DNA of 52,497 nt from an uncultured Anaerolineales bacterium (GCA_964443795.1 CAYUFY010000001.1:1-52497), one strand, 5' to 3'; positions 25,161-35,150 are shown, counted from the stretch's first letter. Numbers and translations: made by a program. Notes: generated by a model not told the origin, from the letters alone.

Positions 25161-25397
25161 CTATTTTTCTCTGTTTTTGCCGTCAATCTTTCCCAGCACA
25201 TCGGTCAAAATGGCTTGGGCGACCTCCCGAAGCAGGCGCACCCTTTCGGGCCGCGAAAGCCTATGGTTGGCTTGGTCCAATTCCTTTTCAAAAAACCGTT
25301 TCAATATTTCAACGATCTGGTCGTCAATCTTATCTTGTTGTGCCTGGCGGGTCATCAGTTTTAAAAGATCATCATAAGAGCTGGGGGGATTGAACAT
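25161..25397 (-). CDS. Hypothetical small helical protein
   Basis: 78-aa ORF on the gene strand that ends 2 nt before the GNAT start. No recognisable motif. Confidence 0.45.
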   Translation of the reverse strand: MFNPPSSYDDLLKLMTRQAQQDKIDDQIVEILKRFFEKELDQANHRLSRPERVRLLREVAQAILTDVLGKIDGKNREK

Positions 25398-25601
25398 GAA
25401 TATTACCTTTTCTGGGCCTCGCCCACCTTTGCCGTACGGATGCGCGGCCCTCTATTGGTCTCAGGCGTGCGGGGGATGCCGTTCCCGCGCGGAAACGGAA
25501 AACGGCGCGGAACATCAGAGTGAATAAGCGCCACAGGCATAGCGGTTATTGGGTGACTTATAATTTAAAAACCGAGGCGGCTTAGTTAAAACCCTGGCGG
25601 C

Positions 25602-25970
25602 CTAGGGTTTGGTCACCAGCCAATTCTTGGCTTGCTCTATATCTTCAAAGACGATGATGGGGTTCTTGCCAGCCACCTTATTGACGATTTCCACAAACAC
25701 TCTTTGGGTTGCCGTCAAGCCGACCACTACGCGCTTTCGCATGTAGGGTGAGTTTTTGGCCAAAGCATTTTTGATGGCAACCAGGGTTTGGGGCGTGGCC
25801 TTGGTGCCATGGATATCTGACAGGGCGAGGACAGATGCCAGCGGTTCTTGCGCCAAAGTTTGGGTTACCGCTTCCAGCTCGACTTGCAATGCTTCCACGT
25901 CCAACCCAAAACCGGAATAGTCAGCATAAAAAATCTTTTCCCCCCGATGGGTCATCCACCGTGATTTCAT
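25602..25970 (-). CDS. Hypothetical protein (possibly STAS-like fold)
   Basis: The ORF lies directly downstream of polA. The start is taken at MKSRWM, overlapping the polA stop. The family call is weak. Confidence 0.5.
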   Translation of the reverse strand: MKSRWMTHRGEKIFYADYSGFGLDVEALQVELEAVTQTLAQEPLASVLALSDIHGTKATPQTLVAIKNALAKNSPYMRKRVVVGLTATQRVFVEIVNKVAGKNPIIVFEDIEQAKNWLVTKP

Positions 25971-28849
25971 CACGCCACCGCCTTCATCTCTTCCCAATTC
26001 TTCCCACTCCGCACCTCCACCCCCAGCGGGATATCCAGCTTAAACGCGCTTTCCATCACCTGGCGCACCACCCGCGCGGTCTCAGTCACCTCGGCGGTCG
26101 GGCATTCAAATACCAATTCGTCGTGCACTTGCAAGAGCATCCGCGCCGAGAGTTTGGCCTTGGCCAGCGCGGCGGGCAGGCGGAGCATGGCCCGCTTAAT
26201 GATGTCGGCGGCGGTGCCTTGTACGGGCGCGTTGATGGCCTCGCGTTCCTGCCGTGCCCGGAGGATGGCCGACTGGGCATCCCGCGGCCCGGCGGGTTGC
26301 GCCAGTCCCGGAAAATAGCGCCGCCGCCCGAGCAGAGTCTCCACATAGCCGCGCTCAGCGGCCAGTCGTTTGGTCTCGTCCAAATATTTTTTCACCCCCG
26401 GAAACCGCGCGAAATAGTCCTTGATGAAATTCTCGGCCTCGCCCAGCGTCAGGCCGGTTTGTTGCGCCAGCGCAAACGCGCCCATGCCATACAGCAACCC
26501 AAAGTTGATGGCCTTGGCCTGCCGCCGCTGATCTTTGGTCACCTGCTCGGGCGGCAGATTGAGAATCGCGGCGATGGTGGCGGTGTGGATGTCGGCGCCC
26601 TCGCGGAACGCTTGCAACATCCGCTGATCCTGGGCCATGTGCGCGACCAACCGCAACTCGATCTGCGAATAATCGGCGGCCACCAGCCGTTGCCCGCGCC
26701 CGGCCACAAACGCCTCACGCACCCGCCGCCCCATTTCCGTGCGGATAGGGATGTTTTGCAGATTCGGCTCGGATGAGGCAATCCGCCCGGTCACCGCGCC
26801 CGCCTGGTTGTAGGAAGTGTGGACGCGCCCGGTGGTTGGATTCACCGCTTCAGGCAACGCATCCACATAGGTGGATTTGAGTTTGGCGACCTCGCGGTGT
26901 TCCAAAATCTGCTCCAACACCGGGTGCGCGTTGGCCGCGCGCATCTCCTCCAGCACATCGGCGGCGGTGGAATATTTGCCAGCGGCGGTCTTGCGGCTTT
27001 TGTCGGGCGGCTTGAGTTTCAAATCGTCGAACAGCGCCTTGGCCAGTTGCTGGGTGGAGTTGATGTTGAATTCATAGCCCACCGATTTGTAAATGGCTTT
27101 TTCCAGCCGGGCCAATTGTTTGGCCAATTCTTTGGACATCTCGCCCAGCAATTCGGGGTCGAGGCCTACGCCCGCCATTTCCATGTCGGCCAGCACCGGC
27201 ACCAGCGGCATTTCCAATTCTTCAAAAAGTTTGAGTTGCTGTTTATCAATCAACTCCTGCCGCAGGATGGGCACGAGGCGCGTGGTCATGTCCACATCGG
27301 CGGCGGCGTAGGGCGCAGCTTGCGCCACCGGCACCGCATCCATGGTGATTTGTTTTTTGCCGGTGCCGAGCAGTTCTTTGATCTCGGTCATCTCGATGCC
27401 GAGGCGCACGAAAGTTAGTTTTTTTAACCCGAGGCTATGCGAGCCGGGGTCGCCGAGCCATTCGGCCAACATGGTGTCAAAGGTCAGCGGCGTGACCGCC
27501 AGCCCCGCCCGCGCCAGCATGATGTAATCGTATTTGAGATTGTGGCCGTATTTGGGAAGCTTGGGGTTGGTGAGGGGCGGGTGTAAAGCGGCCAGGACGG
27601 TTTTTAGAGGTAATTGGTAATTGGTAATTAGAGGATTAGAGAATTCGCCAATTTCTTTATGCCCCACGGGAATGTAATATCCCTCGCCTTCTTTGACAGC
27701 CAAAGCAATGCCCACCAGTTCGGCGCGCATGGGGTCGGTGCCGGTGGTCTCCACATCGAAGGTGATGAAGTCGGCGGCGTTGAGGGTTTTCACGAGCGCG
27801 GTTAAGCCGGGTTCGTCGGTTACGATAATTGTGCGGGTCGGCGATTCCCGGCGGGGCGGGGCGGCCTCACCGCCGAAGAACGAGAGCTGACTGCCCGGGG
27901 TCAGGACGGGCGCGGGGGCCGCCGTGGGTTCGTCGGGCGCGGTCAATCCCATTTTGCCCACGAGTTTGTCAAAGCGCCCGAGGAGCGAATTAAATTCCAG
28001 GGTCTGAAAGAGTTTGGCGATGCGTTCGCGGTCGAAGTGGCCGATGCGGCAGGCTTCGAGGTCGAAGTCCAGCGCCACGTCGGTGACGATGGTGGAGAGT
28101 TTGAGCGAGAGTTGCGCCGCGTCCCGGCCCGCTTCGAGTTTGGTTTTGAAGCGCGGGGCGATCTGGTCCAGGTTCTGGTAAATTTTTTCGAGCGAGCCGT
28201 ATTGTTGCAATAACTCAGTGGCGGTCTTCTCGCCCACTCCGGCCACGCCGGGGATGTTGTCGCTTTTGTCGCCGACCAGCGCTTTGTAATCAATGTATTG
28301 CTTGGGGGTGAGGTTGTATTTGGCTTTGACTTCGTCGGGGCCGTAGTCCACGGCCTCGGAGAGTTTTTGCCCGGCCAGGTTGATGGTGATGTGCTTGTCG
28401 GCCAACTGGAGGAGATCGCGGTCCCCGGTGACGATTTTGACCTCCGCGCCTTCGGCGGCGGCCCGGCGGGCCACGGTGCCCAGCACGTCGTCGGCCTCGA
28501 AGCCGTCGGCGGTGAGGATGGGGATGTTGAAGGCGGCTACGACTTCAAAGAGCCGCTCGATTTGTGTGCGTAAATCGTCGGGCATTTTTTCGCGCGTGCC
28601 TTTGTAGTCGGGGAAGAGGTCATCGCGGAAGGTGCGCCCCACGTCGAAACTCACGGCCAGATAATCGGGGTGATCCTGCTCCATGATTTTGAGCAGGACG
28701 GAGGTAAAGCCGTAAGTGCCGGCGGTGGGTTCGCCGCTTTTGGTGATCCAGCGCGAGGTATCGCCGCCCATGCCGGTGAGGGCGAAGTAGGTGCGGTAGG
28801 CGAGGGCGTGGCCATCAATGAGATAGAGCGTGGGGCGTTTGGAAGGCAT
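25970..28849 (-). CDS. polA: DNA polymerase I
   Basis: 5'-nuclease N-terminus (LYLIDGHALAYR), 3'-5' exo region (FDVETT, NLKYD) and pol motifs (DYSQIELR, RRQAKAINFGLLYG, QVHDELV). Confidence 0.95.
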   Translation of the reverse strand: MPSKRPTLYLIDGHALAYRTYFALTGMGGDTSRWITKSGEPTAGTYGFTSVLLKIMEQDHPDYLAVSFDVGRTFRDDLFPDYKGTREKMPDDLRTQIERLFEVVAAFNIPILTADGFEADDVLGTVARRAAAEGAEVKIVTGDRDLLQLADKHITINLAGQKLSEAVDYGPDEVKAKYNLTPKQYIDYKALVGDKSDNIPGVAGVGEKTATELLQQYGSLEKIYQNLDQIAPRFKTKLEAGRDAAQLSLKLSTIVTDVALDFDLEACRIGHFDRERIAKLFQTLEFNSLLGRFDKLVGKMGLTAPDEPTAAPAPVLTPGSQLSFFGGEAAPPRRESPTRTIIVTDEPGLTALVKTLNAADFITFDVETTGTDPMRAELVGIALAVKEGEGYYIPVGHKEIGEFSNPLITNYQLPLKTVLAALHPPLTNPKLPKYGHNLKYDYIMLARAGLAVTPLTFDTMLAEWLGDPGSHSLGLKKLTFVRLGIEMTEIKELLGTGKKQITMDAVPVAQAAPYAAADVDMTTRLVPILRQELIDKQQLKLFEELEMPLVPVLADMEMAGVGLDPELLGEMSKELAKQLARLEKAIYKSVGYEFNINSTQQLAKALFDDLKLKPPDKSRKTAAGKYSTAADVLEEMRAANAHPVLEQILEHREVAKLKSTYVDALPEAVNPTTGRVHTSYNQAGAVTGRIASSEPNLQNIPIRTEMGRRVREAFVAGRGQRLVAADYSQIELRLVAHMAQDQRMLQAFREGADIHTATIAAILNLPPEQVTKDQRRQAKAINFGLLYGMGAFALAQQTGLTLGEAENFIKDYFARFPGVKKYLDETKRLAAERGYVETLLGRRRYFPGLAQPAGPRDAQSAILRARQEREAINAPVQGTAADIIKRAMLRLPAALAKAKLSARMLLQVHDELVFECPTAEVTETARVVRQVMESAFKLDIPLGVEVRSGKNWEEMKAVA
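27608..27644 (-). repeat. In-frame AT-rich heptamer tract, (AATTACC)3 plus a leader, inside polA
   Basis: The coding-strand sequence AATTCTCTAATCCTCTAATTACCAATTACCAATTACC encodes FSNPLITNYQLP. It is near-identical to the helicase tract at 2024-2059. Confidence 0.9.
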
Positions 28850-28887
28850 GGGGGTTTTGGAGGGGGAAAACGGCCGGGCCGGAGATT

Positions 28888-29730
28888 TTATTTGGTGACA
28901 ATCGCTTCCAATTCCTCCGCCGTTTCGCGCACCAGTTTACGCACGGTGGGGAGGGGCAGGCGGACGCGCATGGCCACCGACAGGACGAGGTCGCCGGCCA
29001 CCCCGAGGGAGTAGAGCATGTAGCGGGTGGAGTCCGAGTCGCCTTCAAAGCGGATGAGTTCGCCGCCGGGGTGCGAGCGCCAGGCTTTATTCACCACCTC
29101 GGCCAGGGCGGCGGCGGCGCTTTGGCTCAGGCGCGGGGCGATGGTGATGACCTTTTTGCCCTGCGAGAGCAGGACGGGTTCATCGCGCAGAGAGTGGCTG
29201 AGGGCCTGCACATGGCCGTCAATCAGCGGGCGATGCGCGGCGGTCAGGGTAATGGGTTGGGTCAGTTCGGGCAGGGCCTTCGTCCCCCGGCGGGTATTCG
29301 AGGGTTGTGCGACGGTCAGCATTTTTTGCGCTTGGGCATTGTCGTTGGACAAATACAGCACCTCTGATTTTTGATATTCGGGTTGACCCAGAATGCTGTT
29401 GACCAATTGAGGCAGATCGGGCAGGAAGAAGGGTTTGGTGAGGACGCCTTGAATATCCAATCCGGCGGGGAGGTCATTTTTGCTGTAGGGGATGAGCACC
29501 ACCGCCAGGCCGGGGTTGGTTTCGCGCAGTTGCCCGATGAGGGTGGGGACATCGCATTCGGGCAAGTCCACATCCACCACCACCAGGTCGGGTTTCAGGC
29601 TGGCGCACTTCTCGCGCGTCTCGGGGCCGCTGGCCGCCAACTCGGCCTGATACCCGCCCATGCGGCGCAAGGCCTCGCTCACCACGGTGGCAAACGGTGT
29701 GTTGGGGTCGGCGATAATGACTTTGCGCAT
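28888..29730 (-). CDS. Receiver domain fused to a Roadblock/LC7-like C-terminal domain (putative)
   Basis: RKVIIADPN...DLVVVDVDLP...LTKPF for REC. The C-terminal ~110 aa (LLSQGKKVITIA...YMLYSLGVAGDLVLSVAM...) resemble Roadblock/MglB-like domains. Confidence 0.6.
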   Translation of the reverse strand: MRKVIIADPNTPFATVVSEALRRMGGYQAELAASGPETREKCASLKPDLVVVDVDLPECDVPTLIGQLRETNPGLAVVLIPYSKNDLPAGLDIQGVLTKPFFLPDLPQLVNSILGQPEYQKSEVLYLSNDNAQAQKMLTVAQPSNTRRGTKALPELTQPITLTAAHRPLIDGHVQALSHSLRDEPVLLSQGKKVITIAPRLSQSAAAALAEVVNKAWRSHPGGELIRFEGDSDSTRYMLYSLGVAGDLVLSVAMRVRLPLPTVRKLVRETAEELEAIVTK

Positions 29731-29800
29731 GGGCAAATTGTACTGACAAACGGGGAAAAACCCCAATGCTTAAACCCGGCGCTACCAGATTTAACCGAAA

Positions 29801-29887
29801 ACCTCCCGCAGGTTTTCAACCCAACCCAGCTGGTTGGGCTAAAAGCCTGCGGGAGGTAAATGCCCACCCGGACTAAAACCGGGTGGG
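29801..29887. repeat. Nested GC-rich hairpin elements (REP-like)
   Basis: ACCTCCCGCAGG (29801-29812) pairs with CCTGCGGGAGGT (29846-29857) and encloses an inner CCCAACC/GGTTGGG stem. A second hairpin follows: CCCACCCGG (29863-29871) with CCGGGTGGG (29879-29887). Confidence 0.8.
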
Positions 29888-29916
29888 GCGTTGAGCCATC
29901 GGTTTGTGGGCCAAGC

Positions 29917-30279
29917 TCAATTGGCCGAGTCGCGCCACTGCATCATGGCGGTGGTGAGCTTGGCCGATATTTTGGCAAACTCACTCCCGAGGGCCAACCC
30001 CTGTTCGGCGCTTTGTTTGTGCCCGTTCAGCGCCAGCGCCAAAATCCGCGCGGCCTCGGTATGAAATTGAGCGTGCAAGTCATGCACGGTTTGCCAGCGC
30101 GCCGAGGCTTTGTCGGCCGCTGGCAAGGTGTAGAGCCACTGGCCAAACTCACATTGATTGTCGGCGCGCACCTGTTCCACCTTAAAGGCGCTTTGGCGCG
30201 CATCAATGGCTTCGCGCAGGTGTTGTTTCCACATTCCGTGGACCCCAATGGCTTTGGTGATTTCGGTGGCGATGCTCAT
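29917..30279 (-). CDS. CZB (chemoreceptor zinc-binding) domain protein
   Basis: H.MWKQHL......D...CEFGQWLY............HDLHAQFH matches the CZB His/Cys pattern. Confidence 0.75.
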   Translation of the reverse strand: MSIATEITKAIGVHGMWKQHLREAIDARQSAFKVEQVRADNQCEFGQWLYTLPAADKASARWQTVHDLHAQFHTEAARILALALNGHKQSAEQGLALGSEFAKISAKLTTAMMQWRDSAN

Positions 30280-30292
30280 CGAGTTCTCCGCA

Positions 30293-31654
30293 TTAGTGAG
30301 CTGATGTTTCTGGGGGTTCCCCTTGCAAACTCCACGGGCTGGTGTGGGTAATTGTCACTGTCGCAGTCTGGCCTTTCAGGTTCACGCCGTTCATCGGGAG
30401 GAAGACCAATTTGTTGGTGCGGGTGCGCCCCTTCCATTTACCCTTGTGTTCATCTTCCACCAGCACTTCCACGGTTTGGCCCAGATAGCGCGTGTTGATT
30501 TCGGTGGCGACCTGTTCCTGCAAATCTTCGATCAGGTGGAAGCGGCGGCGCTTCTCCTCATCCGGCACATCGTCCGGCAGGCGGCGCTCGGCCACCGTGC
30601 CGGGGCGGGTGGAGTAGCGCGCCAGATGCACCACATCCAACTTTAATTCGGCCAGTAAATCGTAAGTCTGTTGGAACTGGGCTTCGGTCTCGCCGGGGAA
30701 GCCCACGATGATATCGGTGGCGATGGAGGTGCCGGGGATGACCCGGCGAATGCGCTCGACCAACTGCCGATAGTCAGCGCTGGTGTAGCCGCGCTTCATG
30801 TTGCCCAGCACGTCATCATCCCCAGCTTGCACCGGGACTTCGATGTGTTCGCACACTTTGGGCAGTTCGGCGACGGTTTCGAGCAACTCTTCGGTCATCC
30901 AGTTGGGATGGGAGGTGAGAAACCGGATGCGCTCCAACCCTTCGACCTCGTGGATGACCCGCAATAGTTGCGCCAGATTCGGCCCGTCGGGGATGTCCTT
31001 CCCATAGCGGTCCACGATCTGCCCGAGGAGCGTCACTTCTTTCACGCCCTGGGCCACCAGTGAGCGCACCTCGGCCACAATCTCGCCGACCGGGCGCGAG
31101 CGCTCGACTCCGCGCCGGAAGGGGATGATGCAGAAGGTGCAGGCATGACTGCATCCGTAAACGATAGGGACATGCGCGGAAATCAGGTTGCCCCGCTGGG
31201 CCTGGGGCAGGACGAAAACGCCATCGGAAGCGTTCAAGACCGTGGTCGCTTCATCTTGAAATGCGAACCGTTGCAGGGTTTCGGCTTCGGCCACATCGCG
31301 CCCCTCGCGCTCGGCCAAGAATTTCACCAGCGGCCCTGGCTCGGAGGGCGGGGAGAACACATCCACCAGCGGCAGTTTTTGGCGCAATTTTTCCGCGCCG
31401 CGCACGCCCACCAGACACCCCATGAGGTTGATGACTAGGTCCGGGCGCTGTTGTTTGAGCGGGCGGAGCGAGGACAAATAGCCATAGGCTTTGTCTTCGG
31501 CGCTTTGCCGCACGACGCAGGTGTTGAGCACGATCACGTCGGCCTGTTCGGCGTGCTCGACCGCCTCGTAACCCAACTGCTCCAGCGCGCTCGAAACGCG
31601 CTGGGCGTCGGCCACGTTCATTTGGCAACCTTCGACCCAGATGTGATATTTCAT
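30293..31654 (-). CDS. miaB: tRNA-i6A37 methylthiotransferase MiaB (radical SAM)
   Basis: UPF0004 N-domain (GCQMN), radical-SAM CSHACTFC and a TRAM C-terminus. The start at MKYHIW makes a 4-nt overlap with the upstream gene. Confidence 0.9.
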   Translation of the reverse strand: MKYHIWVEGCQMNVADAQRVSSALEQLGYEAVEHAEQADVIVLNTCVVRQSAEDKAYGYLSSLRPLKQQRPDLVINLMGCLVGVRGAEKLRQKLPLVDVFSPPSEPGPLVKFLAEREGRDVAEAETLQRFAFQDEATTVLNASDGVFVLPQAQRGNLISAHVPIVYGCSHACTFCIIPFRRGVERSRPVGEIVAEVRSLVAQGVKEVTLLGQIVDRYGKDIPDGPNLAQLLRVIHEVEGLERIRFLTSHPNWMTEELLETVAELPKVCEHIEVPVQAGDDDVLGNMKRGYTSADYRQLVERIRRVIPGTSIATDIIVGFPGETEAQFQQTYDLLAELKLDVVHLARYSTRPGTVAERRLPDDVPDEEKRRRFHLIEDLQEQVATEINTRYLGQTVEVLVEDEHKGKWKGRTRTNKLVFLPMNGVNLKGQTATVTITHTSPWSLQGEPPETSAH

Positions 31655-32745
31655 GTCGAGGATTTTACCATGCCGAACCGCAAGCGCGGCCATACAAACA
31701 GCCCCACACTGACCACCAAGCAAACACTCGCCTGAATTAACAGCGGTTGAAAGATGACCGCCCCCAGCCGCACACTGGCCCGCGTGATTTCGGGAAGAAC
31801 GAGCGGCGAGATTGCGCCCAGCACCCCGGCATTAAACAAGTTGGTGATGACGATGGGATAGATAAGTGCTGGGATGAGCGCCACCACCCCTCCGGCCAAC
31901 AGGGGGAGGCCGACCCAGCGGCGGAGTTGCCGCCCCGAGCGCACCGCCAATAACACAATCAGCCCGACGCTCACCAACGGTGACAACCACAGCCAGCGGC
32001 CAATCTCGCGCGCCAACCGCACTTGTGCCTTCAGCCAGTGCGGGTTAAAGCCCAGCGCTGGGTCCGGCATCGCCGCGAGGTCGCGGGTTAACTCCACCTG
32101 GGCGGGCAGGGCGTCCACGCCCAAACGCAGAATGCTGGCGTAAGCGGCAAACTGGTCGGCGCGCCACGGGGCGGGGAACTGGCACAAATCGTATAGCATC
32201 GCGCCGGCCTCGGCGGTGCGGCGCTCGGCGAAATCGGCGAGTTGGGTTTCGGTGCAAGTCGGCAATTGCTCGTAAGCGATGAGGGTAATGTTATCGCCCG
32301 GCGTGGTCTTCAGATGCGCTTTGTAATTGCTCAACTCCCACACAATGGCTGGCACGCGGTCAGCCGAGTCCAACCACGCATACGCGCCGTCCACCGTGGT
32401 GGCAATCCAAGTCTCGGCGGTCTCCGGCGGCAAGGCCTCGGCGCGGATTTGCTTCCAATCGTCGTTGTCAAGGAACGACATGAGCAGACCAATATCGGCG
32501 GTGTTCCGCCCGGTGAGCGCATGGGGCAGGCGTTGTTGCGCGCGAAACTCGGAGAGCGCTCCCAAAATTGCTGGGAGCAAATCCCGGTTCACCACCTCAT
32601 CGGTGAGGAGCCGTTTGACGCGGGGCGCGTTAAACGCAGCTTCCCAAATATCGTAGGCCAGCAAACTCAGCGGCAGGGTCAAGACCAGCAGGAACGCCAA
32701 CGCTCCTGCCAGCGCGCGGGCCAGCCATTTAACAGGCGTGTTCAT
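31651..32745 (-). CDS. Hypothetical integral membrane protein
   Basis: N-terminal TM helix, a large extracytoplasmic segment and several C-terminal TM helices. No motif recognised. Confidence 0.55.
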   Translation of the reverse strand: MNTPVKWLARALAGALAFLLVLTLPLSLLAYDIWEAAFNAPRVKRLLTDEVVNRDLLPAILGALSEFRAQQRLPHALTGRNTADIGLLMSFLDNDDWKQIRAEALPPETAETWIATTVDGAYAWLDSADRVPAIVWELSNYKAHLKTTPGDNITLIAYEQLPTCTETQLADFAERRTAEAGAMLYDLCQFPAPWRADQFAAYASILRLGVDALPAQVELTRDLAAMPDPALGFNPHWLKAQVRLAREIGRWLWLSPLVSVGLIVLLAVRSGRQLRRWVGLPLLAGGVVALIPALIYPIVITNLFNAGVLGAISPLVLPEITRASVRLGAVIFQPLLIQASVCLVVSVGLFVWPRLRFGMVKSST

Positions 32746-32802
32746 AAATCACCTCCCAGCCTAGTATCGCCCCGCTTGCCCGCCGTTACAAATCGCGCCC
32801 GG

Positions 32803-33279
32803 TCATCCTCTGGCGGATGGGTTCTTTTTGCGGATGTACAACAACTTCTCGACGCGCGCGACGACCTGTCCGGCGTCATCGGTGACCTCGACGGTGAACG
32901 TCGGCTCGACCTTTTCGCCGGCGTCCGCGCGCGCGCGGATATCGGCCACGCTCGCCGGGGGGATGTGGAACCGGGCGGTCACCGCGCCCCGCCCGGGCCG
33001 GAGGAATTCAATGCGCGCCGCCTTGTCCCACACCATGTAACCCGCGCCCAACTGCCACAACAGAATGAACACAAAAAACGGGTCGCACATGGTGTAGAGC
33101 GCGCCGCCAAACTGGGTGCCAAACAGATTGCGGTTGAGCAGGGTGAGCGCCAGCCGCACCGTGATCGTATCGGGCGTGGCCGAGAGCACCCGAATGCCCG
33201 CGCCCCAAAAGGGCGGGTAAAAATTGATGAGGCGCATCATCAACCGTTGACGAAAAGGCAGGGGCAGCGTGGCAGGCAT
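32803..33279 (-). CDS. Hot-dog-fold thioesterase-like protein (DUF4442/YiiD C-terminal-like)
   Basis: FYPPFWGAGIRV.......I.V...L...N.N..GT.FGG.LY.M.DP. Confidence 0.6.
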   Translation of the reverse strand: MPATLPLPFRQRLMMRLINFYPPFWGAGIRVLSATPDTITVRLALTLLNRNLFGTQFGGALYTMCDPFFVFILLWQLGAGYMVWDKAARIEFLRPGRGAVTARFHIPPASVADIRARADAGEKVEPTFTVEVTDDAGQVVARVEKLLYIRKKNPSARG

Positions 33280-33292
33280 GGCGCGCAGTGTA

Positions 33293-34081
33293 TCACCCCG
33301 CGCGGCGCGCAATCAACAGCGCCTCGGTTAGGTAAAACTTCACCGCGCCCGTCTGTGGGGGGCCGCTAAACTCGGGGGCCAGCGCTTCCCGCGCGGGCGC
33401 CGGGGCGTGGTGCAACATCACCCGTAATTGCAGTTTGGTTGGCTCAGCCACGCTCATCATGCCCGTCCACTGGTCAAAATCGCGCACTTTGCGGAAGACC
33501 TCGCGGTGGGTGATCTCCAGCCCGGCGGCGGCGAAGAACGCCTCCCACTCCCCCAGCGCGTAGGCCCAATGATGGCTGGGGTCGCGCAGTTTCTCAAAGG
33601 CGTTGATGTGCTTGGCGGCGGCCGGGTCGCCGGGCACGATGTTGTCTATTAGCGCCGCCACCCCGCCGGGCTTCAGCACCCGCGCCATCTCGCGGGCGAA
33701 TAGGCCGCAGTCCGGGAAGTGGTGTGGGGCGATGCGGCAGGTGACAAGATCAAATTCGCCGTCGGTGAAGGGTAGGGCGGTGGCGTCGGCCTCGCGGAAG
33801 GTGACATTGCTCACGCCCCGCCCCCGGATGAACTGCTCGGCGGCGCTGAGCATCTGCGGCGTGAGGTCAGTGGCGACGACTTCCGCCACGTGGGGCGCAA
33901 ACGCCAGGGCGGTGTGCCCCCCGCCGGTCGCCACGTCGAGGGCGCGCCAGTGGGGGGGCGGGTTCACCAGGCCCACCACCCGGTCGAGGCTGTGGCTCCG
34001 GGCATGGTCGGTGCTGGTCACATAGTTTTGCGCGTGCGCGCCGAATTGTTCTTTCACCAGGTTGCGGATGTCGGTCATCAA
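33293..34081 (-). CDS. Class I SAM-dependent methyltransferase
   Basis: ALDVATGGGHTA (motif I), FDLVTCR.A.HHF, LKPGG. Confidence 0.85.
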   Translation of the reverse strand: MMTDIRNLVKEQFGAHAQNYVTSTDHARSHSLDRVVGLVNPPPHWRALDVATGGGHTALAFAPHVAEVVATDLTPQMLSAAEQFIRGRGVSNVTFREADATALPFTDGEFDLVTCRIAPHHFPDCGLFAREMARVLKPGGVAALIDNIVPGDPAAAKHINAFEKLRDPSHHWAYALGEWEAFFAAAGLEITHREVFRKVRDFDQWTGMMSVAEPTKLQLRVMLHHAPAPAREALAPEFSGPPQTGAVKFYLTEALLIARRAG

Positions 34082-34206
34082 TTTATCTCCTGCGGTCTGG
34101 CGGGTAGTCTAACATGCTCCCCCGGTTTCAACTGCCCCCAAAGCGCGAAAGGTGTTATCGGAATTGGCTGTGGTAGAATTTATCATCATCACTTTAGGAG
34201 TTGTCC

Positions 34207-34395
34207 ATGAAAGCCATTGACCCTGTCTGCGGTATGGAAGTCGAGACCGAAACTGCTGAATGGAAGACCGAGTATAAAGGCGCCACCTACTACTTCTGTG
34301 CGCCCGGCTGTAAACGCTCGTTTGAGAAGGAACCGGAAAAATTTCTTAAGGACGGCCCCTCGGTGAGCATGGGGTCCGACGACCACCACCACTAA
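34207..34395 (+). CDS. YHS/TRASH-domain metal-binding protein
   Basis: DPVCGMEV......EYKG.TYYFC...C...F...PEKF. AGGAG at 34196-34200 lies 6 nt upstream of the ATG. The tail is His-rich (DDHHH). Confidence 0.85.
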   Translation: MKAIDPVCGMEVETETAEWKTEYKGATYYFCAPGCKRSFEKEPEKFLKDGPSVSMGSDDHHH

Positions 34396-34405
34396 AAAAA
34401 CACGC

Positions 34406-34437
34406 GCGAGGCTCAGGGTTGAGCCTCGCATTGTTTT
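34406..34437 (+). terminator. Rho-independent terminator after the YHS gene
   Basis: GCGAGGCTCA-GGGT-TGAGCCTCGC followed by ATTGTTTT. Confidence 0.8.
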
Positions 34438-34451
34438 GGGGATGTAACCGA

Positions 34452-35146
<695 letters not shown>

Positions 35147-35150
<4 letters not shown>

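Noticed and set aside
24577-25397. A small helical protein plus a GNAT, considered as a TacA/TacT-like toxin-antitoxin pair.
   Set aside because: The GNAT has the RimJ/RimL (ribosomal-protein acetyltransferase) pattern and size rather than the compact tRNA-acetylating toxin type. The small protein shows no RHH/DUF1778-like motif. Adjacency alone is insufficient.
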